A stretch of 64,000 bases of DNA from Candidatus Bathyarchaeia archaeon. Lineage in GTDB: Archaea > Thermoproteota > Bathyarchaeia > Bathyarchaeales > Bathycorpusculaceae. Shown here one piece after another: positions 32,584-42,645 of this stretch. Under the pieces are notes generated by a model. The model was not told the DNA's origin, ran no database searches, and saw nothing but the letters and a program-made list of their open reading frames with translations. The DNA is taken from NCBI GenBank assembly GCA_038727135.1, contig JAVYWL010000002.1, forward strand, positions 257,115 to 321,114, in the 5' to 3' direction. Each line of letters opens with the position of its first letter. The stretch's first letter is position 1. A program made the position numbers and the translations under genes.

Positions 32584-33482
32584 AAACGGAGAGCATTAAA
32601 GGTGGCATTTTAGGAAGGCTTGAAACGAAAAGTAGGCTTAGAGTAACAAGACTTAAGGAATTCCTTTCCGTTCTATTACATTATAAAGTTTCGTGTGTTG
32701 GCTTTTTTATAGTGATGGGCATAATTTTTCTTGCTATATTTGCTCCTATAATTGCCCCGAAACATTATGCTGAAATTGACGTACCAAATAGGCTCCAGCC
32801 ACCCTCATTAGCCCATCTCTTCGGAACTGACGCTCTTGGAAGAGACGTTTTCAGTAGAGTTGTATATGGGGCTCAAATAGCCTTATGGGTGGGGTTTATC
32901 GTGGTTCTAGTTGAAGCCTTAATAGGTGTGAGTTTGGGCGTTATAGCAGGCTACTATAATGGCAAAATAGATAAACTAATTTCGGCAATCACCGACATCG
33001 TTTGGTCGTTTCCCACAATAGTGTTAGCCCTCGGGGTGGTGATGATTCTAGGTCCAGGGATAACTCAAGTGGTTGTGGCTATTGCCATTACAAGCTGGCC
33101 TGGATTTACTAGGGTAATCAGAGCTAAAGTGCAATCAATGGTTAATCGGGAATTTGTCCTAGCGGCCAGATCCATTGGCGAATCGGATTTAAACATAATC
33201 CTTCGTTATCTTTTACCAAACACCGTCCCTACAATCTTGGTTTTAGCAACGCTAACTCTGCCTTCAGCTATTATATCAACAACAGCCTTGAGCTTTCTAG
33301 GGTTTGGTGCCCAACCGCCGACCCCTGATTGGGGGGCTATGCTTTCTGAAGGCGCAAGCCTACTTATGAAGGCGCCTTGGGTTGCCACCTTTCCCGGCAT
33401 ATTCATTGTAATTACGGCGTTAGGTTTTAACTTGTTAGGGGACGGCCTAAGAGATCTACTTGATCCGAAACTGAAAGTATAG
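32580..33482 (+). CDS. Peptide ABC permease DppC/OppC (start uncertain)
   Basis: FGTDALGRD, EFVLAARSIG, LSFLGFG, PDWGAML. Confidence 0.9.
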   Translation, partial: LKTESIKGGILGRLETKSRLRVTRLKEFLSVLLHYKVSCVGFFIVMGIIFLAIFAPIIAPKHYAEIDVPNRLQPPSLAHLFGTDALGRDVFSRVVYGAQIALWVGFIVVLVEALIGVSLGVIAGYYNGKIDKLISAITDIVWSFPTIVLALGVVMILGPGITQVVVAIAITSWPGFTRVIRAKVQSMVNREFVLAARSIGESDLNIILRYLLPNTVPTILVLATLTLPSAIISTTALSFLGFGAQPPTPDWGAMLSEGASLLMKAPWVATFPGIFIVITALGFNLLGDGLRDLLDPKLKV

Positions 33483-34460
33483 GTGATTTACTTGGATGCC
33501 CCACTGTTGATGGTCAAAAATTTGAGAACGTATTTTTATTTGAGTCAAGGCGTTTTGAGGGCTGTGGATGGAGTTAGTTTGACAATAAATAAAAACGAAG
33601 TTTTTTGTCTTGTTGGAGAAACTGGTTGCGGGAAAAGTGTAACAGCTCTCTCCATAATGCGGTTGATTTTTTACCCTGGAAAAATAGTGGAGGGAAGCAT
33701 AATTTATGATGGAGTCGATTTACTTAAGCTTCCAGAAAGGGAGATGAGAAAAATTCGTGGAAAAGAAATTGCCATGATCTTTCAAAGTCCAATGAAATCC
33801 CTTAATCCGGTTTTCAACGTAGGCTACCAAATTTCTGAAGCTCCAATAGTCCATTTTAACATGCCACATGAGGATGCTTGGAAAAAAGCAATTGAACTTA
33901 TAGGGAAGGTTAAGATGCCGGATCCGGAGATACGAGCCAAAAGTTACCCGCATGTTTTGAGCGGTGGCATGAGGCAGAGGTCTATGATTGCCATGATGAT
34001 ATCCTGCGAGCCTAAACTTTTAATAGCAGATGAACCTACAACTGCACTCGACGTTACAGTTCAAGCTCAGATAATGGATCTTCTGTTGGAGATTAAAAAA
34101 AGAAGCGGTATGTCAATAATGCTTATAACCCATAATTTTGGTTTGGTTGCCGAAAGAGGGGACGAAGTTGCAGTCATGTATTCTGGAAAAGTAGTTGAAG
34201 GAGGCTCTGTGAGGGATGTTTTTGATGAACCCTTACACCCATATACACAAGGACTTTTAAGATGTATACCCGTCGGCTTTAAACGCAAAACAGAAATAGA
34301 TTACATACCCGGAACTCTTCCCAGCCCTATTAGTCCCCCTGTAGGTTGCAGATTTCACCCTAGGTGCAAATATGCAACTGAAAGGTGTATAAAAGAGGAG
34401 CCACAACTAGTCGTTGCCGGGAAAAACCATATGGTTGCATGTCACCTTTATGGAGAATAA
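33483..34460 (+). CDS. Peptide ABC ATPase DppD/OppD
   Basis: GETGCGKS, LSGGMRQR, ADEPTTALD, C-terminal GCRFHPRC domain. Confidence 0.93.
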   Translation: MIYLDAPLLMVKNLRTYFYLSQGVLRAVDGVSLTINKNEVFCLVGETGCGKSVTALSIMRLIFYPGKIVEGSIIYDGVDLLKLPEREMRKIRGKEIAMIFQSPMKSLNPVFNVGYQISEAPIVHFNMPHEDAWKKAIELIGKVKMPDPEIRAKSYPHVLSGGMRQRSMIAMMISCEPKLLIADEPTTALDVTVQAQIMDLLLEIKKRSGMSIMLITHNFGLVAERGDEVAVMYSGKVVEGGSVRDVFDEPLHPYTQGLLRCIPVGFKRKTEIDYIPGTLPSPISPPVGCRFHPRCKYATERCIKEEPQLVVAGKNHMVACHLYGE

Positions 34461-34463
34461 GGC

Positions 34464-35489
34464 ATGGAAAATCCTCTGCTTAAGGTTGAAGATTTAAAGA
34501 AATACTTTTTGGTTAAGAAGGGCATCTTTGCAAAGCCCAATTATATTAAGGCGGTTGACGGTGTCAGTTTCCATATCAACAAGGGCGAAACACTAGGATT
34601 AGTCGGAGAATCTGGATCTGGGAAAACAACGGTTGGACTATTAGTTTTAAGATTAATCGACCCTACTTCTGGAAAGATACTTTTCAACGGCGTGAACATT
34701 GCGGAAAAGTCCCAAAGGGAGCTGATGAAATTTAGGAGACATATGAGTATAGTTTTCCAAGATCCATTAGCGTCGCTTAATCCCCGCATGACGGTTAAGG
34801 AAACCTTGAAAAGACCACTAGTAATTCATGGTGTAGAAAATGATGAAGAGTGCATGGCGAGAATAATAAATATCCTTAAAATGGTTGGGCTCGGAGAAGA
34901 ACATTTGGAAAGGTATCCCCACGAGCTCAGTGGAGGACAGCAGCAAAGGGTAGCTATAGCTCGGGCAATAATCCTTAACCCAGACCTTGTAGTTCTAGAT
35001 GAACCCACATCCTCTTTAGACGTTTCAGTTCAAGCCCAGATTCTAAATCTTCTACTTAAACTTCAGAAAGAGCTTAACTTAACATATTTATTCATAACCC
35101 ACGACTTGGTAACAGTTAGGCATGTCAGCGATAGAGTTGCCGTTATGTACGTGGGGAAGATTGTAGAAGCGGCTGAGACAGACGAATTATTTAGCAACAC
35201 GATGCATCCGTACACCGCCGCGCTTTTATCTGCTGCGCCCATACCAAAGCCTGAAGCCAAAAATGTGGAACGTTTCGTTGTTGGCGGTGAACCCCCAAGT
35301 CCTATTAGTCCTCCTGTCGGTTGTAGGTTTCATCCGAGATGTAAATACGCAACTAAAAAGTGCATGAAAGAGGAGCCTCAACTAGTTGAAGTTGAAAAAA
35401 ACCACACAGTAGCGTGTCATAGAGCAAAGGAAATCGACATTTCAAGTTATGCAAGAAAAATTTGGGAAATACTTATGACAAGGACTTAA
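34464..35489 (+). CDS. Peptide ABC ATPase DppF/OppF
   Basis: [33 protein letters not shown]. Confidence 0.93.
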   Translation: MENPLLKVEDLKKYFLVKKGIFAKPNYIKAVDGVSFHINKGETLGLVGESGSGKTTVGLLVLRLIDPTSGKILFNGVNIAEKSQRELMKFRRHMSIVFQDPLASLNPRMTVKETLKRPLVIHGVENDEECMARIINILKMVGLGEEHLERYPHELSGGQQQRVAIARAIILNPDLVVLDEPTSSLDVSVQAQILNLLLKLQKELNLTYLFITHDLVTVRHVSDRVAVMYVGKIVEAAETDELFSNTMHPYTAALLSAAPIPKPEAKNVERFVVGGEPPSPISPPVGCRFHPRCKYATKKCMKEEPQLVEVEKNHTVACHRAKEIDISSYARKIWEILMTRT

Positions 35490-35518
35490 AACGGTTAAAA
35501 ATTAAGGTTGATGATGAA

Positions 35519-37237
35519 ATGTCGAAAAATCTGTCTCAGCCAACCTATAGTATAAAGGCGCAATACAACGTTTTGATACCCATGAGGGATGGTATACGAC
35601 TTTCTGCAGATGTTTATCTACCCGATAAGGAAGGAAAGTACCCGGTCCTTCTAATGCGCACCTATTATGGAAAATGTAACTTTGACCTAAGCAACGATGA
35701 AACAGGAGAATTTATCCGGTTCTTCGTTGAACGGGGATACGTTATAGTTATTCAAGATTGCCGAGGAAGATATGATTCCGAAGGCGAGTTTTATCCTGAA
35801 ATCCACGAATTTGAAGATGGATATGACACCATAGAATGGTGTGGAACACAAAAATGGTCCAACGGCAACGTTGGAATGTTTGGCTGTTCCTACCCAGGTT
35901 GCATGTGCTGGTCCGCCGCGATTTCTGGAAACAAACATTTAAAATGTATTGCTCCACGAGACGCAACTTCAGATTCATACTTTAACGGAGGTTTCATGCG
36001 CGGAGGAGTGGTGCAAGGATGGCTATCGTGGTGCTTACATACGGCTGGTCGTACATCGAGAAAACTTGAGAAAGAAATCGATTGGAGAAAAGTCTACACT
36101 AGGCTACCCCTCATAGACTTGGACGAGTACCTCGGATTCAACTTTCCATGGTGGAAAGACTACTTTAAACATCCATGCTACGACGAATACTGGGAGAGAC
36201 TCAGCTACGAAAATAAATATTATAGAGTTGTTGCTGCATCACTAAACATTGGCGGATGGTATTCAAGCTCCGATATTGACGGAACGATAAACAACTTTAT
36301 CGGGGTTAGGGGAAAAGGAAAGAGATTCTCTGGAACTCATCATAAACTTTTGATTGGCCCATGGCCACACTGTAAAATTGTAACTTCTTTTGGTGAGGTG
36401 AAATTTGGAGAAGAAGCAAACATCGACTTGAAAGAGGTTATGCTTCGGTGGTTTGACTATTGGCTTAAAGGAAAAAACACGGGAATCATGGAAGAACCGC
36501 CAGTTAGATATTTTCTGATGGGAGCAAATAAATGGTGTACAGCGCAAAATTGGCCTCCTGAAGGGGTTTCTTTTGTCCGCTATTATTTGCACAGCAATGG
36601 AAGGGCAAATAGCCTATACGGAGACGGTATTTTAAGCACTGAAAAACCGGAAGACGAAAAATTCGACCAGTATACATACGATCCTGACAATCCGGTGCCT
36701 TTTCCCTTAGGCGATTCCGAAAATGTAATATTGGATCAAAGAACCGTTGAACGCAGAGACGACGTCCTTGTTTACTCAACTCCTCCATTAGAGGAGGATG
36801 TCAACGTTGTTGGGCCGATTAAGGCCAAAATATTTGCTTCATCCTCGTGTGTCGACACGGATTTTGTAACGAAACTTGTAGATGTTTATCCAAATGGTAT
36901 GGCAATATTCCTCACCATAGGAATTGTTAGGGCAAGATACAGGACTTCTTTTAAAGAACCCACATTAATGAAGCCCGGAGTGATCTACGAATTTGATATC
37001 AATATGAGTAATACTGCAAACCAATTCAGGAAAGGACACATGATAAGGCTTGAAGTTTCAAGCAGCGCTTTTCCCTATTTCCTTAAGAATCAAAACACCG
37101 GCAAGGATATTGGAACGGACACTGAAGGCATAATGGCGACGCAGAAGATCCATCATGACCGTCAATATCCTTCTTATATCGAGTTGCCCATTCTGGAAAA
37201 ACCAGCTTATATTGTTCAAAAGAATAAAGTAGGTTAA
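35519..37237 (+). CDS. CocE/NonD family hydrolase (S15)
   Basis: PMRDGIRLSADVY, QDCRGRYDSEG, GCSYPG nucleophile, IGPWPH. Confidence 0.92.
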   Translation: MSKNLSQPTYSIKAQYNVLIPMRDGIRLSADVYLPDKEGKYPVLLMRTYYGKCNFDLSNDETGEFIRFFVERGYVIVIQDCRGRYDSEGEFYPEIHEFEDGYDTIEWCGTQKWSNGNVGMFGCSYPGCMCWSAAISGNKHLKCIAPRDATSDSYFNGGFMRGGVVQGWLSWCLHTAGRTSRKLEKEIDWRKVYTRLPLIDLDEYLGFNFPWWKDYFKHPCYDEYWERLSYENKYYRVVAASLNIGGWYSSSDIDGTINNFIGVRGKGKRFSGTHHKLLIGPWPHCKIVTSFGEVKFGEEANIDLKEVMLRWFDYWLKGKNTGIMEEPPVRYFLMGANKWCTAQNWPPEGVSFVRYYLHSNGRANSLYGDGILSTEKPEDEKFDQYTYDPDNPVPFPLGDSENVILDQRTVERRDDVLVYSTPPLEEDVNVVGPIKAKIFASSSCVDTDFVTKLVDVYPNGMAIFLTIGIVRARYRTSFKEPTLMKPGVIYEFDINMSNTANQFRKGHMIRLEVSSSAFPYFLKNQNTGKDIGTDTEGIMATQKIHHDRQYPSYIELPILEKPAYIVQKNKVG

Positions 37238-38823
37238 GTTTTTCTTAAAACATGTCCATTTCTTATTCCGGTGTGGACTCCGTCTTCAACAACCAATTTC
37301 CCATTCACAAGCACATACTTTATTCCTTCTGGATAATTGTGCGGGTTTTCAAAAGTGGCGGTGTCCCTTATTTGCCAATAATCGAAAATTGTTAAATCTG
37401 CTTTCATCCCAGGTCTTATTATACCTCTGTCCCAGATTCTAAGCTTCCAGGCGGGCGTGCATGTCATCTTCTTTATCGCCTCTTCAAGGCTTAGAATACG
37501 TTTTTCTTTGACGTATCTTGATATAACTCTTGGGAAGGTTCCGTAAAAACGTGGGTGGGGTTTTCCCTCTCCAAACTTTGTGATACTTCCATCGCTTGAA
37601 ACCATGGAAAGCGGATGTTTAATAGCATACTCAACGTCTTTCTCGCTCATCCCTCCGCCAACAATATCAGCTGAATAACCATCTTCCATAACCATTTCGA
37701 AAATCGCCTCAAAGAGGTTTTTTCCAAGTTCCCTTGCTATTTGAGAAAGCGTTTTCCCCTCAAACTTCTTGTATTTTTCTGCGTAAGCCAACGTTATGAA
37801 ATCTGCTCCCACATCATATAGTATGTTCTCCCACTCTAAACTAGGCCTTTTCAACTCTTCAATTATTTTCCTTCGATTATCTTCGTCTCTGATTTTTAAA
37901 ATGGTGTTTTCTAGGCCCCCTTCTCGTGTCCAAGGTGGCAGAAGGGCCAACAAATCCGTCATCCAAGCAGTGTATGGGTATACGTCACATGTTACTTCAA
38001 CGCCCTTGCGTCTGCCATGTGTTATAAGTTCTAATGCAGCCCTAACCAGCCCCCAGTTTCTCTGGGCGCAAGCCTTAATATGTGAAATTTCAACGGGTAG
38101 TTTTGCGGTTTCCCCGATGGTTATGGCCTCATTAACAGCGTCTAAAAGCAGATCGGATTCATTACGAATATGGGAAGTGTACACTCCGCCATATCGTGCA
38201 GCCACCTTTGCAAGCGAAATTATCTCATCTGTTTTAGAGAAGACCCCTGGATCATATATTAGACCGGTGCTTAATCCAAAGCATCCAGCTTCCATAGCCT
38301 CTTTAACATAAAGCTTCATTTCTTCCAATTCTTGCGTGCTTGGTTCTCTCCTTTCTAAACCTAAAACCGCGCTTCTCACAGTCCCATGACCTACTAATGT
38401 AACAAAATTAATGGATGGAGAAACTGCTTCAACTTTTTCGAGGTATTCTTTAAAGGTTTGCCAATCAACCTGAAGTTCTTTGGCGTAAGATGGCAATGAT
38501 TTGATGAGCAAATCCCTATTTTTATCCGAGAGCGGAGCACAACTTGACCCACAATTTCCTACAACAATAGTTGTAACACCTTGCATTATGTAATTATCAG
38601 CTGTTGGAATCGCCAGAATGTCGATATCGCTGTGATTGTGGATGTCGATGAAACCCGGCGCAACAATTAAATCTTCACAATTCAAGATTTTTTCGGCTTC
38701 AACCCCGCTTAAATCGCCTATTTTTTTAATAGTCTCACCTTTTATTCCAATATCGCCTTTAAAAGGAGGAGTCCCAGTTCCATCCACAATTATTCCACTT
38801 TTAATCACGATATCGTAGCTCAT
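37234..38823 (-). CDS. N-acyl-D-amino-acid deacylase (D-aminoacylase)
   Basis: APGFIDIHNHSD, GNCG, STGLIY.PG, SHIK, PHPRFYGTFPR. Confidence 0.92.
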   Translation of the reverse strand: MSYDIVIKSGIIVDGTGTPPFKGDIGIKGETIKKIGDLSGVEAEKILNCEDLIVAPGFIDIHNHSDIDILAIPTADNYIMQGVTTIVVGNCGSSCAPLSDKNRDLLIKSLPSYAKELQVDWQTFKEYLEKVEAVSPSINFVTLVGHGTVRSAVLGLERREPSTQELEEMKLYVKEAMEAGCFGLSTGLIYDPGVFSKTDEIISLAKVAARYGGVYTSHIRNESDLLLDAVNEAITIGETAKLPVEISHIKACAQRNWGLVRAALELITHGRRKGVEVTCDVYPYTAWMTDLLALLPPWTREGGLENTILKIRDEDNRRKIIEELKRPSLEWENILYDVGADFITLAYAEKYKKFEGKTLSQIARELGKNLFEAIFEMVMEDGYSADIVGGGMSEKDVEYAIKHPLSMVSSDGSITKFGEGKPHPRFYGTFPRVISRYVKEKRILSLEEAIKKMTCTPAWKLRIWDRGIIRPGMKADLTIFDYWQIRDTATFENPHNYPEGIKYVLVNGKLVVEDGVHTGIRNGHVLRKT

Positions 38824-39051
38824 TGACACCCTCAACTTTGGTTAAATTTTGATTATTTGTTGTAAAGACTTAAACAAGGTTAACTAATAACTTTTATGTG
38901 GAAGAGGCCAGAAACACAGAAATCTACACCATAATAGAACGCAGACTAATTCAAGCCAGCTTCAAATGTATATGCCACCATGAAGGCGCAACGCTCTTCA
39001 GAAAAAGAAAATAGGGAGCCCATGATTAAAAATGGTCGAGGCTACCCAGGT

Positions 39052-39128
39052 GGCCGAGGTGAGGTAGCCTGGAAGCCTACGGGCCTGTGGAGCCCGGCGC
39101 CCGGGTTCAAATCCCGGCCTCGGCCCCA
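39052..39128 (+). tRNA. tRNA-His(GUG) with encoded G-1 and CCA; integration target
   Basis: G GCCGAGG...CGGGC CT GTG GA GCCCG...CCGGG TTCAAAT CCCGG CCTCGGC C CCA. Confidence 0.93.
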
Positions 39129-39130
39129 CA
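39084..39130 (+). repeat. attL, 47-bp direct repeat
   Basis: CCTGTGGAGCCCGGCGCCCGGGTTCAAATCCCGGCCTCGGCCCCACA, identical at 47621-47667. Confidence 0.97.
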
Positions 39131-39389
39131 AATCAGAACCTACGGTTCCGATACCTCCCTTGTTTTCGCTTAATCCCTCGTTCTGGGCTTCTAAATGTGA
39201 TATTATGCTTGAAAGGGCTTCCTCGAGGATTTTTGAAAGGTTTAAACCGTTTTTCCGTGCTTTTTCCACCAAAAATTTAGACAGGTATAGGCCTACGGTT
39301 GTTTTAGCTTCTGTTTGCCTGTGAGATCTTCCTCGAGGAGTATAGCCGAGTTTCCTCGAGGAATTTAGGCTTATGCCTGCTTTACTCAT
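39084..39389 (-). CDS. Integrase N-terminal fragment int(N) with RHH/CcdA-like segment
   Basis: Reads into att as WGRGRDLNPGAGLHR, the same peptide that opens the int(C) ORF. Confidence 0.85.
39220..39362. repeat. Three copies of palindrome TCCTCGAGGA
   Basis: At 39220-39229, 39330-39339 and 39353-39362, each preceded by T. Confidence 0.8.
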
Positions 39390-39964
39390 GGCTTCACACC
39401 TTCTTGTTGTGTTGTTAACGGTTCAAGCCTTTTTAGAAAACGTTGTTTCATTTCTTCCTCTGTTTCTTCCCAAATAATGTATCCAAAAATTTGCCTAGCT
39501 TTAAACAACATATTAGGGTTTCTCTTTTTTGAAGCTTGATAAATACTGTTTCTCACGTGGCTTAACAAATCTTGCTCTTTTCTCCAATCTTCAAATGGAG
39601 GAAGAAAGCCTAACCATAAAATAGCTTGTTTGCCTTGAAACTCTAGGCTGTCTTTCTCTTTAAAAAGCTCTATAATCTCTTCAATGGTGAACGTTTTCGG
39701 TTCCTTGCCTAATTCTTTAAGAAGCTCATTAAACTGAGGATAGACTGCTCTGTAAACTCCCTTCTTAACCGGCCGAATGGCTGTTTTTGCCAAGGGGATT
39801 TTATCTAGCGCATATTTCAACGTTTCCCAAGCAACTTTCCTCGACAAACCTGTTCTCTCCGTTATCTCCTTCATTCGCAACTCTTGCTTAAATGGACTGA
39901 AACAATCCAAAATTAGTGACAAGTTAGCTTTCCTTCTCCGGCTTAACGTTTCTTTTTGGCTCAT
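39386..39964 (-). CDS. Winged-HTH DNA-binding protein
   Basis: LRMKEITERTGLSRKVAWETLK HTH pattern; coupled to int(N) by a 4-nt overlap. Confidence 0.7.
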   Translation of the reverse strand: MSQKETLSRRRKANLSLILDCFSPFKQELRMKEITERTGLSRKVAWETLKYALDKIPLAKTAIRPVKKGVYRAVYPQFNELLKELGKEPKTFTIEEIIELFKEKDSLEFQGKQAILWLGFLPPFEDWRKEQDLLSHVRNSIYQASKKRNPNMLFKARQIFGYIIWEETEEEMKQRFLKRLEPLTTQQEGVKP

Positions 39965-40045
39965 TTTTTATCTTTCCTTTTAGGTTTTTAGTAACAAAAA
40001 TGGTCAAAGACATATATAAATGTTCCTCATTGACTTTCATCGGAG

Positions 40046-40171
40046 ATGAAAATGTCTCAGAAAAAGAAGCGTCATCCAATCATCAGGGCATATTGGCGGG
40101 AAATGCAAAGACAATATAGGGCTAGAAAAAAGGCTCAGCAAAAAGCTGAGGAGCGTAATAAGCATGACTGA
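40046..40171 (+). CDS. Small basic protein (41 aa), absent from ORF track
   Basis: MKMSQKKKRHPIIRAYWREMQRQYRARKKAQQKAEERNKHD; GGAG upstream, TATA at about 40013, overlaps the next ATG. Confidence 0.6.
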   Translation: MKMSQKKKRHPIIRAYWREMQRQYRARKKAQQKAEERNKHD

Positions 40172-40562
40172 CACGGATTTCAAGATTTTCTTGGATGATT
40201 TGGTGGATTGTCTTAATGAGTGGGAAGAGGCTGCAGATAGGGCTTTAAGAGGCGTGCGGAAGCTTAAGGTTCAAATCGCTAAGCTTGTTGGAGTGAACGT
40301 TGGGCCTAGGATTTCCGAGGAAACCTTTGCTTGTCTTAAATGGCAACCTGAGAAAGGTGCTCGTTTAGGCGATTATGAATGCGCCTACAAGAACCAAAAC
40401 ATATTGGAAAATTGGCAACACGCCTATAACATTCTGAAGGCAAACAATTCAGTTATTGGCAACCCTTTCCATGAAGAAGGCTATCAATATCGCTATTGGA
40501 TTTACCCTGAAAAACACCCTGACAGGATTTTCCGCAAAAAGCTGGAAGAGGCTAAGGCTTAA
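40164..40562 (+). CDS. Hypothetical protein of the element's replication operon
   Basis: Translationally coupled (TAATG) to the ATPase gene. Confidence 0.7.
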   Translation: MTDTDFKIFLDDLVDCLNEWEEAADRALRGVRKLKVQIAKLVGVNVGPRISEETFACLKWQPEKGARLGDYECAYKNQNILENWQHAYNILKANNSVIGNPFHEEGYQYRYWIYPEKHPDRIFRKKLEEAKA

Positions 40563-42334
40563 TGGCTGAGGCTTTTATGCAGGTTTGGAGAACTCAAAAT
40601 CTTGTCGACTATGTTTTGGCTGATTTGGAGAGGCGTGTTAAGAGGGATAGGGCTACAAAGCTTAGCGTGTTTTTCACGGGGCTTTCAGCTTACACTAGAG
40701 AACCCATTAACCTGTTTTTGAAGGGTGAAAGTGGAAGTGGCAAGTCGTATAATGTGGTGCAGACGCTTAGGTATTTCCCTCAAGAGGATGTTTGGTTTCT
40801 TGGCGGTTTAAGCCCTAAAGCCCTCATTCATGAGCATGGCGTTCTGCTCAACAAGCATGGTGAACCCCTTGATTTGGAAGATAGGCCCATCAAGCCTAAA
40901 AGGAAGAATTACGCCTCGGAAGAGGAATACCGAGAGGCCCTTAAAGAATACCATGAGGAACTCAGGGCTTATGCTGAGGAAATCCGGGAAGGCTATACGC
41001 TTATCAATTTGCGGAATAAAATTTTAGTTTTCCTTGAGGTCCCTGAATACGAAACCTTCAAAATGCTTTACCCAATTCTTTCCCATGACACGGAAAGGAT
41101 AGAATACAGGTTTACAGACAAATCCGCTAAAGGCCCTTTGAGAACGGTTAAAGTTGTGATTGAAGGATGGCCTGCAACCATATTTCTGACAACTGATAAG
41201 CATTACATGGAAGAACTTGCCACTCGCAGCTTCACGGTTACACCTGAAGTTTCTAAAGAGAAAATCGAACAGGCCAATATATTAACTAACCTAAAGGCTA
41301 GTTTTCCATGGGAATACAGTGAGGAAACAGAGGAAGCCAAATGCATTAAAGCCTTGATTGAAAGCCTAAAAAAGCAGTTGACAGGCGGAAAAACAAGCGT
41401 AGCTATTCCGTTTTCAAACCTTTACGAGCTTTTCCCTAAAGAGATTGCCAGGGATATGCGGGATTTTCAGCACTTCATTCAATTTTTGAAGGCTTTAACA
41501 ATTCTACACTTCTTTCAGAGGCCTTTCATAAGAGTAGGTGATAAAAGGTTCATAGTTTCAACCGTGGAAGATGTTAGGAAGGCTCTTGAAATTTATGCGG
41601 AGCTTTTTGAAACAACACGCACAGGAACAGAACAAAGAATCCTAAGCTTCTATCATGACATAGTAAAGGGAAAAGAGTCGTGGTTTCTAACGGATTTGGT
41701 TGAGGCCTATAACGAGAAGGCTGAGAGAAAGGTTAGCTCTGAAACAGTTAGAAGATGGCTTGAGAGGCTTTCAGAAATAGGATATGTGAACATTGAGAAA
41801 AGTGATTTGGATAAGAGGCTTAACGTTTACAAGCCTTTAGTTAAAGAGGAAAAATCCACAATCCGCCAAAAATTGGAAATGTGGACAGTTTCAAGCTTAG
41901 AATTGGAAAAGGGCTTTAAAAAATGGTTAGAAAAAATCCACAACACAAGAGGCTTAGAAATAAAAAACAAAATTTTCGCCTACAAAACCATAGATGAAAA
42001 CAGGGAAACATGGGGAGAATCTGAGATTTCCATTGAAGAGTTTTCAAAGGTGGTTTTAGGCGGAGCTTGTTCTGAAAATTTTTATTTTAATTCCGAGCGT
42101 GGTGTGTTGAGGATTTCTTTAGAGGAGAAAAAAGAGCCTTTTTCAGAGAAGAAGCCTGAAATTGTCCACATTTGCGAAAATAGTGGAATGTTGGATAATT
42201 CAGACACGTTTAAGGGCCTCATTCCATGTGAACTTTGTAGGGCTCAGGGTAGGCCCATATTTTTCGCTACTCTTGAGGATTTGAAAATCCATGTTAAGGC
42301 TTTTCATGGCGGTTTCCCTGACTATGTGAGGTGA
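40562..42334 (+). CDS. P-loop AAA+ ATPase, putative replication helicase, with wHTH and C-terminal C2H2-like Zn finger
   Basis: Walker A GESGSGKS, ILVFLE, ELATRSF, RDMRDF; SETVRRWLERLSEIGY; CELC...HVKAFH. Confidence 0.7.
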   Translation: MAEAFMQVWRTQNLVDYVLADLERRVKRDRATKLSVFFTGLSAYTREPINLFLKGESGSGKSYNVVQTLRYFPQEDVWFLGGLSPKALIHEHGVLLNKHGEPLDLEDRPIKPKRKNYASEEEYREALKEYHEELRAYAEEIREGYTLINLRNKILVFLEVPEYETFKMLYPILSHDTERIEYRFTDKSAKGPLRTVKVVIEGWPATIFLTTDKHYMEELATRSFTVTPEVSKEKIEQANILTNLKASFPWEYSEETEEAKCIKALIESLKKQLTGGKTSVAIPFSNLYELFPKEIARDMRDFQHFIQFLKALTILHFFQRPFIRVGDKRFIVSTVEDVRKALEIYAELFETTRTGTEQRILSFYHDIVKGKESWFLTDLVEAYNEKAERKVSSETVRRWLERLSEIGYVNIEKSDLDKRLNVYKPLVKEEKSTIRQKLEMWTVSSLELEKGFKKWLEKIHNTRGLEIKNKIFAYKTIDENRETWGESEISIEEFSKVVLGGACSENFYFNSERGVLRISLEEKKEPFSEKKPEIVHICENSGMLDNSDTFKGLIPCELCRAQGRPIFFATLEDLKIHVKAFHGGFPDYVR

Positions 42335-42645
42335 ATAGCCCCGGCATGGTTAAGTTTGAGGTTATTAAGGGCCGGAAAGGACCAAACGACAGGCTTGTTA
42401 AAGTGTGGGCTTATGGAGAAATTTTCAGCATCGAAGCCCTCCTCAGGCTTCTCCAAATCTTTTTTGAAGGTGAGGATTTCGCTTATCCAATTGAAAAGGG
42501 AAAGCAGGGCCGAGCCATGCTTCTTAAAGCCATAATAGACGTGGCCCTAGGCATTCCCATAGAACGAGTTTTAAAAGCTTACCGCTTGAACAGGAAAAGG
42601 CCCAAAACAAAGGTTGTCGAGAAGCTTCACGAGGTTATAAAGTAA
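42331..42645 (+). CDS. Hypothetical protein
   Basis: Coupled to both neighbours (GTGA and TAATG overlaps). Confidence 0.65.
   Translation: MNSPGMVKFEVIKGRKGPNDRLVKVWAYGEIFSIEALLRLLQIFFEGEDFAYPIEKGKQGRAMLLKAIIDVALGIPIERVLKAYRLNRKRPKTKVVEKLHEVIK

Noticed and set aside
34320-35420. Near-repeat encoding [20 protein letters not shown] in dppD and dppF
   Set aside because: Ordinary paralogous C-terminal domain of peptide ABC ATPases.
38980-39324. Plus-strand ORF across tRNA-His, and other antisense ORFs (e.g. 19565-20299, 37796-38311, 61350-61595, 43242-43574)
   Set aside because: Shadow frames of tRNA or well-supported genes, with no motifs of their own.
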